Shown here one piece after another: positions 1 to 9,471 of a DNA stretch of 45,829 bases. The DNA lies in contig CAZDZG010000003.1 in the NCBI GenBank assembly GCA_964509845.1, positions 1-45,829 on the forward strand, written 5' to 3'. Positions within the stretch are counted from its first letter, which is position 1, and every line of letters begins with the position of its first letter. Both the position numbers and the translations under genes were made by a program. The notes under the pieces are model-generated. The model saw nothing but the letters and a program-made list of their open reading frames with translations, made no database searches and was not told the origin of the DNA. This DNA is from Candidatus Hadarchaeota archaeon (lineage in GTDB: Archaea; Hadarchaeota; Hadarchaeia; Hadarchaeales; WYZ-LMO6).

Positions 1-448
1 CTCCATTGCAGGGAGGGATGGGGACGGTTGATCTTCACGAACCTCTCCTCCGCCTCCGCATCCAGCTTGCCCTTCACCACGTCGGCCAGGGTAAGCTCCT
101 TCCTGACCTCCGTGCTCTCCATCAGAGAGGAGTTGGTCAGGACGGCCACGGGAAGGGAGACCCTCCTCACCGCCCCTATCAGTTCACCCAGGTTACCGGC
201 CAGCGTGGGCTCCCCCAGACCGCAGAAGGTGATCACCTCGGCCTCCACCTCCCTCAGGGCCTCCCTCAGCTCCCTCTCCACCCTCTCCGGAAAAACCGAA
301 ACCCTCCTCTCCACCGTCTTCTCCTCCCTGGGACCGAGGGAGCGGTAAAGGCAGTCGAAGGAACACCTCTTCACCCATCCCCCCTGCGGGTCCACCCCCA
401 GCGATCTCCCCAACCGCCAGGAGGGAACGGACCGTAAACCGCCTCCAT
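1..448 (-). CDS. radical SAM family protein, 5' portion (continues past window start); N-terminus apparently frameshifted and cluster motif reads CxxxCxxR
   Basis: Absent from the ORF track because it has no stop in the window. My minus-strand translation reads ...VPSWRLGRSLGVDPQGGWVKRCSFDCLYRSLGPREEKTV...VITFCGLGEPTLAGN...VAVLTNSSL. The ATG at 448 gives MEAVYGP in a frame one base off from the conserved body. In-frame TTG (413) or GTG (395) are alternative starts. Confidence 0.55.
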
Positions 449-576
449 CTTCCCCCTGCGAAATCCTCTAAAAGCCTCCGGGAAAAAAGGAATAGGGCGG
501 GGCTTCCTTCCCCGTAGCCATGGCCCCAGGAGCGAGGCGATGAAAAGGGCGCCCACACGCGGGGATACAGCTCCGC

Positions 577-1347
577 CTACCTACCCAGCTTTTGGAGGGC
601 CAGCTCCGCCGCCCTTTTCCCCGAGAGGAGCATCCCCCCGAAAACTGGCCCCATCCTGGGCAGGCCGAAAACCGCCCCCACCGCCATGCCCGCCACGATA
701 AGGCCAGGGTAGATCTCGGAGGTGTACCTCACCATTTCCCGCTCCGCCTTCTCGGCGAACATGGGTCCCTCCCCCATCACCCCGCCCGTTGGGGTGGGAA
801 ACCTCACCCCCGGAACCTTCCTCTCCAGGATCCTAGCGAGGAAGGCATCGTGACCGGTGGAGTCGATGACCACCTCGGCTAGGATCCCTACCGGATCCAC
901 GTGCAGCCTTGAAAGCCCCACCGCCCTCCAGTTCACCACCACCCCGCTGACCCTTCCCTCCCTCACCACCAGATCCTCCGCCTCCAGACCCACGAAGATC
1001 CTGGCCCCCGCGTCTATGGCCGAGGAGGTGCACTTGCTCACGGCCTCCACGGCGTCCGCGGTCAGCAGCTCCCCTTCCCCCTTGAGCCTGACCCCCACCT
1101 CCTCCAGCAGGGGGGCGGCCTCCCTCTCCACCACTATCCTGGGAAAGAGCATCCCTCCCCCCCACATCCCTCCCCCCACCCAGAGGTTGCGCTCGAAGAC
1201 CGCCGTCTTTACTCCTCTCCTGGCCAGGTACCGGGCGGCCGTGAGGCCGGCGGGTCCGGCCCCCACCACCGCCACCTCCAGCTCCAGGCTTTCCAAGAAT
1301 GAACGGGAAAACTCCTCCACTATCCTGCCGGTTATCTCCCTTTCCAC
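577..1347 (-). CDS. thi4: thiamine thiazole synthase, Thi4 family
   Basis: 256-aa ORF with GTG start. It has the dinucleotide-binding VAVVGAGPAGLTAA, plus GGGMWGGGM, DSTGHDA and a C-terminal GPVFGGMLLSGKRAA, all typical of Thi4. Confidence 0.85.
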   Translation of the reverse strand: MEREITGRIVEEFSRSFLESLELEVAVVGAGPAGLTAARYLARRGVKTAVFERNLWVGGGMWGGGMLFPRIVVEREAAPLLEEVGVRLKGEGELLTADAVEAVSKCTSSAIDAGARIFVGLEAEDLVVREGRVSGVVVNWRAVGLSRLHVDPVGILAEVVIDSTGHDAFLARILERKVPGVRFPTPTGGVMGEGPMFAEKAEREMVRYTSEIYPGLIVAGMAVGAVFGLPRMGPVFGGMLLSGKRAAELALQKLGR

Positions 1348-1369
1348 TTCTGCTTTTTCCTGGGTGACG

Positions 1370-1378
1370 TAAAAATAA
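1370..1378 (-). promoter_or_regulatory. TATA-like box upstream of thi4
   Basis: Minus strand reads TTATTTTTA about 23-31 nt upstream of the thi4 GTG. That spacing fits a leaderless or very short-leader archaeal transcript. Confidence 0.4.
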
Positions 1379-1448
1379 CTGTCGGTGGCCCCGAGATTTC
1401 CAGGATCGACCTTCCACCGGCTTCAGAAATGAATCTCCCCGGATCGGC

Positions 1449-1537
1449 TGGCGCCGGGGGAGGGATTTGAACCCTCGAGACCCCAGAGGGTCAACAGCTC
1501 TCGAGGCTGTCGCCTTACCTGGCTAGGCTACCCCGGC
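1449..1537 (-). tRNA. tRNA-Ser (anticodon CGA), long variable arm, genomically encoded CCA
   Basis: Hand-folded cloverleaf. Acceptor GCCGGGG/CCCCGGC, D stem GCCT/AGGC, anticodon stem ACAGC/GCTGT with loop CT-CGA-GA, variable arm GACCC-TCT-GGGTC, T arm GAGGG-TTCAAAT-CCCTC, discriminator G, then CCA. Confidence 0.9.
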
Positions 1538-2101
1538 CCTTTTTACTTTGGAGGAGGGAGATATAGCCTCAGCGGGCAGGAAGGCCCTGAAGTCGCAGTG
1601 GGGATCTCCCCTGGAGTAGCATCTGAGCTCTTCCACCCGGTAGTCCTTTCCGGTGAAGTGCTGGGTGGCCCCCGCTATGAAGCCGGCCAGATAGTAGCAG
1701 GTTTTCCTCCCCATCCTCCCCATTTCCCTGGCGAAATAGCTTCCACCCTTGAACCTCAGGATCTTCCCTCCCTCCTCCTTGAGGAGCTCTATTTCCCCCA
1801 TCCCGCTCTGGGAGAAGAAGACGTCCGTGTACAGGGTCCTCTCCTTCAGGCTCTTCCTCCCCAGGCCGAAGGTGCGGTAGAGCCACTGGGCCGTCCTCTT
1901 GCCGGACTTCAGGCCCGTCTCGTAAAGGAAGGTGTTGCAGGTTTCCAACCAGATGTCCTCCCTGACCATCGGGGGGACGAGCTCGAGGATCCTTCCCGCA
2001 TCCACCAGGCATCCCATCCAGAGCTCGAAGGCCTGCTTCCAGTTGTTGCTCAGATAATCCCGTACCTTCCTTTCCACTTCCTCATAGGATTCCATCATCA
2101 C
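1523..2101 (-). CDS. V4R domain protein (hydrocarbon/ligand-binding-like)
   Basis: 192-aa ORF. The C-terminal CYYLAGFIAGATQHF...VEELRCYSRGDPHCDF matches the V4R cysteine/glycine pattern. The last 15 nt overlap the tRNA-Ser 5' end. Confidence 0.6.
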   Translation of the reverse strand: MMMESYEEVERKVRDYLSNNWKQAFELWMGCLVDAGRILELVPPMVREDIWLETCNTFLYETGLKSGKRTAQWLYRTFGLGRKSLKERTLYTDVFFSQSGMGEIELLKEEGGKILRFKGGSYFAREMGRMGRKTCYYLAGFIAGATQHFTGKDYRVEELRCYSRGDPHCDFRAFLPAEAISPSSKVKRAGVA

Positions 2102-2118
2102 TCTTCCTCGACCCTCAT

Positions 2119-2125
2119 AAAAAAA
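2119..2125 (-). terminator. oligo-T tract after the PolD large-subunit stop
   Basis: Minus strand reads TGA-TTTCAA-TTTTTTT-ATGAGGG. Archaeal terminators are oligo-T runs. The same AT tract lies about 20 nt upstream of the V4R ATG and could double as its TATA box. Confidence 0.35.
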
Positions 2126-2131
2126 TTGAAA

Positions 2132-5100
2132 TCACAGAAAGTCCGCCAAGCTGGTCTGTCTCTCGGCATCGCTCTCGAAGACCGACTTTATGTCGCTCTC
2201 CATCAGCCTCAAGCGCTGCTTGGTGTACTCCCTCACCCCGAACTCCTCCGCCACCCTCAGGGCGGTGCGCAGGTACTTCTCCACCCCTCCCCTCGGAACC
2301 GTCAGGACGAGGTTCCCCCCGCACTCCGGGCACCTGCCGAGGAGGGGGAGGCGCCTGTACTTGGTGTTGCAGCCGGTGCACCTGAACTGCTGGGTGCAGA
2401 ACTTGCGCAGGTTCCCCTTCAGGTCGGGGATGAGGTGGTGCTCGATCACCCGCTCCGCCACGTCCTTCTCGTCCACCGCCCTTATCCGCCTGGCCAGGGT
2501 CAGCTGGGCCATCACCTTCTCCTCCATGCTCTCCAGCGTGGAGTAGGTGGAGGTCAGGGGGCCTAGGGCCACGTCGGAGGTGTGGACGTTGAAGGCCAGT
2601 CCCTCGTACTGTCCCTCCTTCCCCAGTCTTTTCTCCACGATCTCCATGAAGGGAAGGACCTCGGTGGGATGGGCTCCCCTGAGGGTGGCCTCGTAGAACT
2701 CCAGGGGATACCTGAACATCACGTCCATGTTGTGAACCTCCTTGTCCACCTCCCTGGGGTCTATCCTCACGTTAAGGACCAGCGGGGCATCCATGAAGCC
2801 CCCCCTGGTGGCCGGCAGGAACCTCCTGCTGAAGTTGAGGAGGGCATCCAGCAGGAGCATCACGGCATCTTCATCCCCGTCGCAGTCCCTGCGCTTGGCC
2901 GCGTGGAAGTAGGGATGGGCGTAGCCCACGTTGGCCCTCGTGAACCCCACGATCCTCCCCACCATGCCCACGGAGGTGTGGGGGGAGAGGCCCACCACCA
3001 GGTGCCCCAGCAGGTCCTCCTTCCTCCTGGCCCTGTAGTAAGGGGGCAAACCGTAGAACTTCTCCAGGAGTTCGTCCAAGAAGCAGGCAACCCTCAGCAG
3101 GTACTTGGCCGCCTCCTCGCAGAGGATCACGTCCTGAACCTTCAGCTCGACCAGCTGGTCCTCCCTCTCCAGCGGCTCCCCCAGGTAGTCCCTGGTGTAA
3201 CCCAGCTCCCTGAGGCGCTCCACGGAAACCCCCACCTCCCTGGGGGTGAAGTGGGTTAGGGGAAGGTTGGTGGCATCGAAGCGGACCGTTCCGTCCTTGA
3301 AGACCCTCAGGTCGTACTTGGCCCTGAGGATCCCCTTCTCCAGCGGCTCGGGTATCTTGTAGGCGCTGCTCATCCCCTTCACCCCCTTCAGCTCGGGGGG
3401 AGCCTTCTCCCCCAGTCTCCTCTCGGCCTCCTCCAGCATCCCCCTGAGATCAAGCATCCTCTCCTGGAAGAATTCCTCCCTGACCCCGCAGGTCTGGCAC
3501 CTTCCCTTCAGACCAGGCCTGCCGCACTTGGGACAGGCCTTCACGAACTCCATCTTCTCCCCGCAGGTGGGACACCGCCTGGTGAGCCCCACCGTTCCGC
3601 AGGACGGACACCTCAGGTTGGCGAGCTCCACCTTTATCCCCTCCCTGCAGGAGGCCGCCTTCAGGATGCTGCGGGTGGGTCCGCCGGCCTGACCCACCGG
3701 GAAGAGCAGGTGAGGGGGAGGGTCCATTTCCCTGGGCTTGGCCTTCTCCGGCCTCCCCATCTTGCTCCCTATCCAGGTGGGGGCCTTCTTCCTGACCGGG
3801 AAGCCCGCCACCTTCTCCAGCAGAACCATCACGTCCTGCTCCTCCTCCCTCTCCAGCCTCTCCGGTGTCCTCTCCCTGCCCTTCAGGATCCCCAGCGTGC
3901 GGCAGAGGGGAAGGGCATGCTCCTCTATCCTGACCCTTCCGTCCCTCACCCAATGGGGAACGCCCAGGAGCTCCAGGATCCTCTTGGGTGCTTCCTGCAG
4001 GGGAAGGACTAGGGCCCTTAGCTCCTCCCCCTCGAACTCCGCCTCCCCCGAACACAGCCATCTGGCCAGCTCCACCAGCTCCTCCCTCCCCACCTCGTGG
4101 TAGAAGTAGGTGTAGTGGGGATGGAGGGGAACGCCCAGCCTTTCCGAGATCTCCACCGCCAGCCTGGGAGGGGGGGGAGGATAGGGGGGGAGGAGGTAAG
4201 GGGAGAGGTCGACCGGGAACTCCCTGCCCGACCTCTCCACCTCCTGCGCCCACCACTCCTCGCAGTAACCCGCGGGCAGGAGGGGATGGTTGTTCTCCAG
4301 GAACTCCCCGAAGTCCACCAGCAGATCGCCCAGGAACAGGATCTCCTCCACCTCCCCCCTCAGCCTCTCCGCCTCCTCCACGGAGGAGATCCTGACCACG
4401 GAACCATCCCGCAGCTTGACCGTGGGCCCCTCTATGGTGTCCACGGGAGCCACGGCCCCACCCTTCCCCGGCCGCTCAAGCTTGAGCTGCGTTCCCACCG
4501 CCAGGAAGCCCTCCAGGATCACCATGGTGGCGGGGTGCACCCCCACCGCCGCTATTCCGGTGTTCCTCGACCTCCCGTACCTGAGCCTGAAGCCCCCCGG
4601 CTTTCCCGGGTAGGAAATCACCGGGCGTCCCCCTATCACCTCCTCCAGGTACTTGGCCTCCTCCTCCCCCTCCCCCCGCGGGGAGGAATTCTTCACCAGC
4701 TCCTCCAGCCACTCCCAGCCGTCTATTCCCAGCTTGTTCACGTACTTCAGGATCTTGGGGGCCTTCTGCAGCACCCCCTCCGCGAGGGCCAGCACGGCCC
4801 CCCCTCTGACGAAGTTGTGCCCCACGCGGGGCAGGTCCCGGTAAGCCATGACCATCACCTCCCTGCTGGTGGGTTCCCCCGTCAGCTCCACGGGCAGGTT
4901 GCGGATCGCCATCCTCACCTCGTCCGGAGTGGGGGTGTACTGCAGGTGGGCTATCTCCGTGGAGTAAAGGCTCACCTCCTCCACGAACCTCTCCACCTCC
5001 TTCTCGGTGGGCTTGTACCTGTCCAGCAGGAGCTTTCTCCGGATGAAATCCCCCACCAGAACCGCCAGGGCCGCGGCCGTCCCCCCCGCCGACCTTATGG

Positions 5101-5536
5101 GACCTGAGAAGTAAAGGGCCAGGTACCTGCTCCGATCGGGGTTCTCCCTTATCTTCACCTCCGTCAGCCCCTCCAGCGGGGCCGCCACCGCTATCCCCTC
5201 GGTGATGATGGCCAGGGCGGTCCGCAGGGCCTGCTCCGCCCTCTTCTCCTCATCTCCCTCCCCCAGCTTTCCGTCCACGATCATCTCCGCCACCTTAAGG
5301 GCCAGCTCCTCCCTGGGCATTTCCTTCTCCAGCTCCCTTATCACCCGGCTCACCCCCCGGGGACCGACTATCTCCTCCACCCTGGAGGCCATGTCCTCCG
5401 CGATGGGTATCTCGGGCTCCAGCTCCGGATCCTTCCCCAGCAGCCTGGCCTTCCTGGCCACCTCGTAGGCCTCCTCCACCTTGCGCTCTATCTCCGCGAA
5501 ATAGGCCCTCATGCCCTGGCTCGCCACCACGCTCAT
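2132..5536 (-). CDS. polC: DNA polymerase II (PolD) large subunit DP2
   Basis: 1134-aa ORF with a clustered Cys4 zinc-finger region (CPSCG...CPTCG...CPKCG...CQTCG), the catalytic-region CDGDEDA motif, and a C-terminal FRCTGCNTKYRRLPLLGRCPECGG. Length suggests no intein. Confidence 0.95.
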   Translation of the reverse strand: MSVVASQGMRAYFAEIERKVEEAYEVARKARLLGKDPELEPEIPIAEDMASRVEEIVGPRGVSRVIRELEKEMPREELALKVAEMIVDGKLGEGDEEKRAEQALRTALAIITEGIAVAAPLEGLTEVKIRENPDRSRYLALYFSGPIRSAGGTAAALAVLVGDFIRRKLLLDRYKPTEKEVERFVEEVSLYSTEIAHLQYTPTPDEVRMAIRNLPVELTGEPTSREVMVMAYRDLPRVGHNFVRGGAVLALAEGVLQKAPKILKYVNKLGIDGWEWLEELVKNSSPRGEGEEEAKYLEEVIGGRPVISYPGKPGGFRLRYGRSRNTGIAAVGVHPATMVILEGFLAVGTQLKLERPGKGGAVAPVDTIEGPTVKLRDGSVVRISSVEEAERLRGEVEEILFLGDLLVDFGEFLENNHPLLPAGYCEEWWAQEVERSGREFPVDLSPYLLPPYPPPPPRLAVEISERLGVPLHPHYTYFYHEVGREELVELARWLCSGEAEFEGEELRALVLPLQEAPKRILELLGVPHWVRDGRVRIEEHALPLCRTLGILKGRERTPERLEREEEQDVMVLLEKVAGFPVRKKAPTWIGSKMGRPEKAKPREMDPPPHLLFPVGQAGGPTRSILKAASCREGIKVELANLRCPSCGTVGLTRRCPTCGEKMEFVKACPKCGRPGLKGRCQTCGVREEFFQERMLDLRGMLEEAERRLGEKAPPELKGVKGMSSAYKIPEPLEKGILRAKYDLRVFKDGTVRFDATNLPLTHFTPREVGVSVERLRELGYTRDYLGEPLEREDQLVELKVQDVILCEEAAKYLLRVACFLDELLEKFYGLPPYYRARRKEDLLGHLVVGLSPHTSVGMVGRIVGFTRANVGYAHPYFHAAKRRDCDGDEDAVMLLLDALLNFSRRFLPATRGGFMDAPLVLNVRIDPREVDKEVHNMDVMFRYPLEFYEATLRGAHPTEVLPFMEIVEKRLGKEGQYEGLAFNVHTSDVALGPLTSTYSTLESMEEKVMAQLTLARRIRAVDEKDVAERVIEHHLIPDLKGNLRKFCTQQFRCTGCNTKYRRLPLLGRCPECGGNLVLTVPRGGVEKYLRTALRVAEEFGVREYTKQRLRLMESDIKSVFESDAERQTSLADFL

Positions 5537-6306
5537 CCCACCACCAGCTCGGGAAGCCTGTTCAGAACCAGGTCAGGCTTCCTCTCCTCCCCCAGTCCCC
5601 TCAGGGCCTCCCTGGGTGTGGCCCCGCTCAGCACCAGGACGGAGACCAGCCCCAGCCTCTTGGCCGGCACCACATCCAGGTCAAGCCTGTCCCCCACCGC
5701 CGCCGTCTCCCGCGGCTCCGTTCCCAGGAGGCGAAGGGCCATCCGGTACATCCTGGTGGAGGGCTTTCCGATGAGGAGGGGCTTCCTCCCGGAGGAGAAG
5801 GAAATGGCCGAAACCATGGCCCCCGCCCCTGGCTGAAGCCCCTTCTCGGTGGGGTAGGTGGGATCCGCATTGGTCGCCAGGAAGCCCGCCCCTCCCCTCA
5901 GAACCTCGAGGGCCCTCGCCAGCTTTCTGTAGTTGAACCTCCTGTCTATTCCCACTACCAGCCAGTCCGCCCCTTCCTCCACCAGCCTCATCCCCACCCT
6001 CCTCAGCTCCTCCCTGAGCCCCTTTTCCCCCACCACGTATACCCTTCCTCCCGGGCTCCTCCTCCTGAGGTATTCGGCCGCCACGTACCCGGAGGTTATC
6101 ACCTCCTCCACCCTTGCCCGGATGCCCATTCCCTCCAGCTTCCTCACGTAATCCCGCCTGGAGAGGGAGGAATTGTTGGTCACGAAAACCGCCTTTCCTC
6201 CCCTTTCCCTCCACCTCTCCATGAACTCGGGGACCCCCTCCACCGGTGTGTTGCCCACGTAAAGAACACCGTCCAGGTCCAGGATGAGGGCGGAGAGCTT
6301 AAACAA
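5533..6306 (-). CDS. HAD-superfamily hydrolase, subfamily IIA (NagD/PNPase-like phosphatase)
   Basis: 257-aa ORF with TTG start. It has DLDGVLY (motif I), VTNNS (motif II) and a GDRLDLD-type motif IV. It overlaps the flanking PolD subunit genes by 8 nt and 4 nt. Confidence 0.8.
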   Translation of the reverse strand: MFKLSALILDLDGVLYVGNTPVEGVPEFMERWRERGGKAVFVTNNSSLSRRDYVRKLEGMGIRARVEEVITSGYVAAEYLRRRSPGGRVYVVGEKGLREELRRVGMRLVEEGADWLVVGIDRRFNYRKLARALEVLRGGAGFLATNADPTYPTEKGLQPGAGAMVSAISFSSGRKPLLIGKPSTRMYRMALRLLGTEPRETAAVGDRLDLDVVPAKRLGLVSVLVLSGATPREALRGLGEERKPDLVLNRLPELVVG

Positions 6307-7783
6307 AGCTCATCACCCTGGGTTCGTTCCTCTGGAGGTCCAGCACCGTAACCATGCCGGGGGTGGGCACGATGCCCCTTTCCCTCATGTAGCTAGTCAT
6401 GCTCTGGAAGGTTCCGGAGTTGATGGCCCAGACCCCCCGGTACCTCTTGTATCCCGAAACGTGAAGGTGCCCGCAGTGCAGCACGTCGGGAACCTCGTCT
6501 ATCACCAAGAAATCCCTCCTTTCCGGCACCACCGCCACCTTGCCTCCGTAGACGGGGGCCAGGTGCCTGGACCTGAGCAGCCTTATCATCATGGAGGCCA
6601 CATCCCTTCCCGCGCTCCCCGGCAGGGCGGTGGCCAGGTCATCAAAGCTCCTCCCGTGGTAAATGAGGAACTTGATCCCGTGGAGGGAAACCCAGGCGGG
6701 ATTTCCCACCATGACCGCCTTCAGATCGTAAAGCCTTCCCGCCAGCTCCTTGGGGATCGCCGGCTGGGGTTCGGAGGGCCTCACCGCGTCGTGGTTTCCC
6801 GGGGAGAGGATCAGCCTTATGTGGTCGGGTATCCTGCCCAGAAGGTCCGCCACCTCCTCATACTGCTCAAAAACATCGTCTAGGTAGAGCTCCTCCTCCT
6901 GCCCGGGATAGATGCCTATGCCGTCCACCAGGTCCCCCGCCACCACCACGTACTTCACCCTCCCCGCCAGCTCCCTCTGGGAGGAATTGCCCAGCCTTCC
7001 CTCCAGCCAGAGGAGGAACCTGTTGAAAACCTCCCTAAGAAACATCCGGCTCCCCACGTGCAGGTCGGAGAGGAGGACGGCGCAGACGGGCTCCTCCACG
7101 CTGGGGGAGGCGGAGGAGGTGGGAAGGTCGGGCCAGGCTATGTCCCTGGCCACTATCCTGGGCTCCCTGTCCCCGGAGCGGAGCGTGCCCTCCACCCCTA
7201 TTACCTCGTCCAGAAGCACCTCCTCCGCCTTCCGCATCAGCTCCTCGCTCTTGCCCCGATACACCCAGACCGCCGCCGAGCCGGTGGGATCCTCCAGCCT
7301 TATGAGGAGATGGCCCCCCGGCGTTTCCCTCTTCTCCACGACCATCCCCACCACCCTTACCTCCCTCCCCTCCTCCATCCCGGTCAGCTCCGCCAGCGGG
7401 GGAGGGTCGGCGTAATCCGCCCTCTTCATCAGGAGGGCCTTCAGCCTCTCATACCTGTCCAGGAAGAGCTGCAGGAAGTCCCTCACCCCTCCCTTGCCGT
7501 AGCTCTTCCCCGTCACGTCCTTCAGGACCTCCACCCTCTCCTCCACCTCGGCCGCCAGGGGCCTGAAGCGGGACTGGGGAGACTCCACCCATTCCTGTCT
7601 GGGGGGAGATGGCTCCAGTACCTTCCTCACCAGCTCCGCCGTCACGATGAATTCTTTCCCACGCAGGGCCTCCAGGACCCTCTCCGCCTCCTTCTCCCCC
7701 TTCTCCTCCAGAAGGCGGAGGGCCTCGGGGGTTAGGCACATCCTTGCCTCCTGGAACCTCCTGACCAGCGCCGCCCCGTCCAA
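6299..7783 (-). CDS. polB: DNA polymerase II (PolD) small subunit DP1 (3'-5' exonuclease)
   Basis: 494-aa ORF with TTG start. It carries calcineurin-like phosphoesterase motifs LSDLHVGS, AGDLVDGIG, PGNHDA and HCGHLH, preceded by an OB-fold-like region. Confidence 0.93.
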   Translation of the reverse strand: MDGAALVRRFQEARMCLTPEALRLLEEKGEKEAERVLEALRGKEFIVTAELVRKVLEPSPPRQEWVESPQSRFRPLAAEVEERVEVLKDVTGKSYGKGGVRDFLQLFLDRYERLKALLMKRADYADPPPLAELTGMEEGREVRVVGMVVEKRETPGGHLLIRLEDPTGSAAVWVYRGKSEELMRKAEEVLLDEVIGVEGTLRSGDREPRIVARDIAWPDLPTSSASPSVEEPVCAVLLSDLHVGSRMFLREVFNRFLLWLEGRLGNSSQRELAGRVKYVVVAGDLVDGIGIYPGQEEELYLDDVFEQYEEVADLLGRIPDHIRLILSPGNHDAVRPSEPQPAIPKELAGRLYDLKAVMVGNPAWVSLHGIKFLIYHGRSFDDLATALPGSAGRDVASMMIRLLRSRHLAPVYGGKVAVVPERRDFLVIDEVPDVLHCGHLHVSGYKRYRGVWAINSGTFQSMTSYMRERGIVPTPGMVTVLDLQRNEPRVMSFV

Positions 7784-7787
7784 CCTA

Positions 7788-9011
7788 TCACCACGGGAGC
7801 TTGGACTGGCGGGGGAAGGATAGGTTGGGGGAGAAGCCCTCCCCCTCCAGTATTTTCCTCAGCTGGTGAGCGGGAAGGTTGAGGAAGATCTGCTTGGTCC
7901 TGCCATACCTCCCGCTGTTCAGGATCCTGGTGCCCACTATCCCCAGCATCTCCAGCTCCGCCAGCAGGTCGCTCACCCTCCTCGGGGTGAGGACATCCGC
8001 CCCCTGCTGGAGGGCCACCCTCCGGTAAGCCTCATAGGCCTGACCGGTGGTTATCCTCTCCTCCCCCCCCTCCGCCAGCAGGAGGAGGCCCAGGAGGAGG
8101 AACTTGGACTGACTGGGCAGGGTGCCGATGAGCTCGAGGGTCTTGTCCTCCTCCAGCTTTCGGTAGGCCCTGTCCACGTGCTCCGGCGTGACCCCCGTCG
8201 CCCCCTCCTGCTCCGCCAGCTCCCCCGCCACCCTGAGGAGGTCCAGCGCCCTCCTGGCGTCCCCGTGCTCCCTGGCCGCATGGGCGGCGCAGAGGGAGAT
8301 CACCCCCTCCCCCAGCACCCCAGGCTGGAAGGCCTCGGAGGCCCTTTCGGAAAGGATGTCCGCCAGCTGGAGGGCGTCGTAGGGCGGAAACACCAGCTCC
8401 TCCTCCCCCAGGCTGCTCCTGACGCGGGGATCCAGGTACTGGGTGAACCTCAGGTCGTTGGAGATCCCTATCACGCTGACCTTGGCCCTCTCCAGCTCCG
8501 AGTTCACCCTGGTCAGGTCGTAGAGGACCTCGTCCCCCCTCTTCACCACCATCCTGTCCACCTCGTCCAGCACGATGATCACCACCCTGTCCCGCGAGTC
8601 CAGTGCCCTGACGAAGCGATCGTAAAGGACATCCACGGGCCAGCCGGTGGTTGGGATGGGTGACCCGTCCAGCAGGGCGTTGGTCAGGGTGGCCAGGACC
8701 CGGTAGCGGGTATTGACCCTCTCGCAGTTCAGGTAAATCCCCCTTATCTCCCTGTTGAGCTCCCTGCCCGTCCTCTCCAGCTCCCCCAGCACGTATCTTA
8801 CCGTGGCCGTTTTTCCCGTCCCCGTCTTTCCGTAGATGAAAACGTTGGAGGGGGCCTCCCCCCTCAGGGGGAAGGAAAGGATCCTGGCCAGCTGCTCTAT
8901 CTGCTCTTCCCGGTGCGGAAGCCTCTCCGGCAGGTAGCTGGGCCGGAGGAGCTCACGGTTTCTGAAGATCTGCGGGGCTTCCAGCCAACTCCTGAAGAGC
9001 TCTCCCTTCAT
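7788..9011 (-). CDS. cdc6: Orc1/Cdc6 replication initiator
   Basis: 407-aa ORF. N-terminus reads IFRNRELLRPSYLPERLPHREEQI, Walker A is GKTGTGKT, Walker B is VLDEVD, and there is a C-terminal winged-helix-like region. Confidence 0.95.
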   Translation of the reverse strand: MKGELFRSWLEAPQIFRNRELLRPSYLPERLPHREEQIEQLARILSFPLRGEAPSNVFIYGKTGTGKTATVRYVLGELERTGRELNREIRGIYLNCERVNTRYRVLATLTNALLDGSPIPTTGWPVDVLYDRFVRALDSRDRVVIIVLDEVDRMVVKRGDEVLYDLTRVNSELERAKVSVIGISNDLRFTQYLDPRVRSSLGEEELVFPPYDALQLADILSERASEAFQPGVLGEGVISLCAAHAAREHGDARRALDLLRVAGELAEQEGATGVTPEHVDRAYRKLEEDKTLELIGTLPSQSKFLLLGLLLLAEGGEERITTGQAYEAYRRVALQQGADVLTPRRVSDLLAELEMLGIVGTRILNSGRYGRTKQIFLNLPAHQLRKILEGEGFSPNLSFPRQSKLPW

Positions 9012-9471
9012 CTCCCCCCACCTTCAGCCTTTTCATCATCCAGCCCCTCCACTCCTCGACCTTCTCCCCCAGCTCCCTCAGCAGCACCTTTTCCTCAGGG
9101 GTGATCCCCTTGGCCTGCGAGGGGAAGAGGGAGAAGCGCACCAGCTTGCCCAGCCTGAGCTCCAGGAAGTCCTCCACAACCCTCCTCAGCTCCCCCTCCC
9201 TTCCCTCCCTCCTCAGGTGCTCCATCTCCTCCGCCACCAGCAGGTAGAAGTCCGGCGGGAGGGGCTGGAGGCCCGCCTGCCTGGCCTCGGAGAGCTGGAA
9301 CCTCTTCACCGCGGCCGGCCCCATGGGCTGCAGGGGCTCTGCCAGCCCGTGCCTCCTCAGCACCCTTAGCTGCCAGTGCTCCAGCTCCACCTCCTCCCCG
9401 GCCCTGAGGTGGGAGAGGGGCTCACCCAGCCCCAACTCCAGGTCCTGCCTGATGACCGAGCGGATCTTCAT
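8953..9471 (-). CDS. GINS subunit (Gins23-like B-A domain order)
   Basis: 172-aa ORF. A beta-rich N-terminal part (EVELEHWQLRVLRRHGLAE) is followed by a helical part with LPPDFY...R..KL, typical of GINS A domains. It has an ATGA overlap with mcm and a 59-nt overlap with cdc6. Confidence 0.6.
   Translation of the reverse strand: MKIRSVIRQDLELGLGEPLSHLRAGEEVELEHWQLRVLRRHGLAEPLQPMGPAAVKRFQLSEARQAGLQPLPPDFYLLVAEEMEHLRREGREGELRRVVEDFLELRLGKLVRFSLFPSQAKGITPEEKVLLRELGEKVEEWRGWMMKRLKVGGDEGRALQELAGSPADLQKP

Noticed and set aside
1348-1448. Possible TPP riboswitch or pseudoknot between tRNA-Ser and thi4 (GAGAUU/AAUCUC and CGGUGG/CCACCG pairings, AUCCUGGAAAU resembling the TPP aptamer)
   Set aside because: The conserved CUGAGA element is absent. 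A TATA-like box lies only about 25 nt upstream of the thi4 GTG, which implies a leaderless mRNA with no room for an aptamer.
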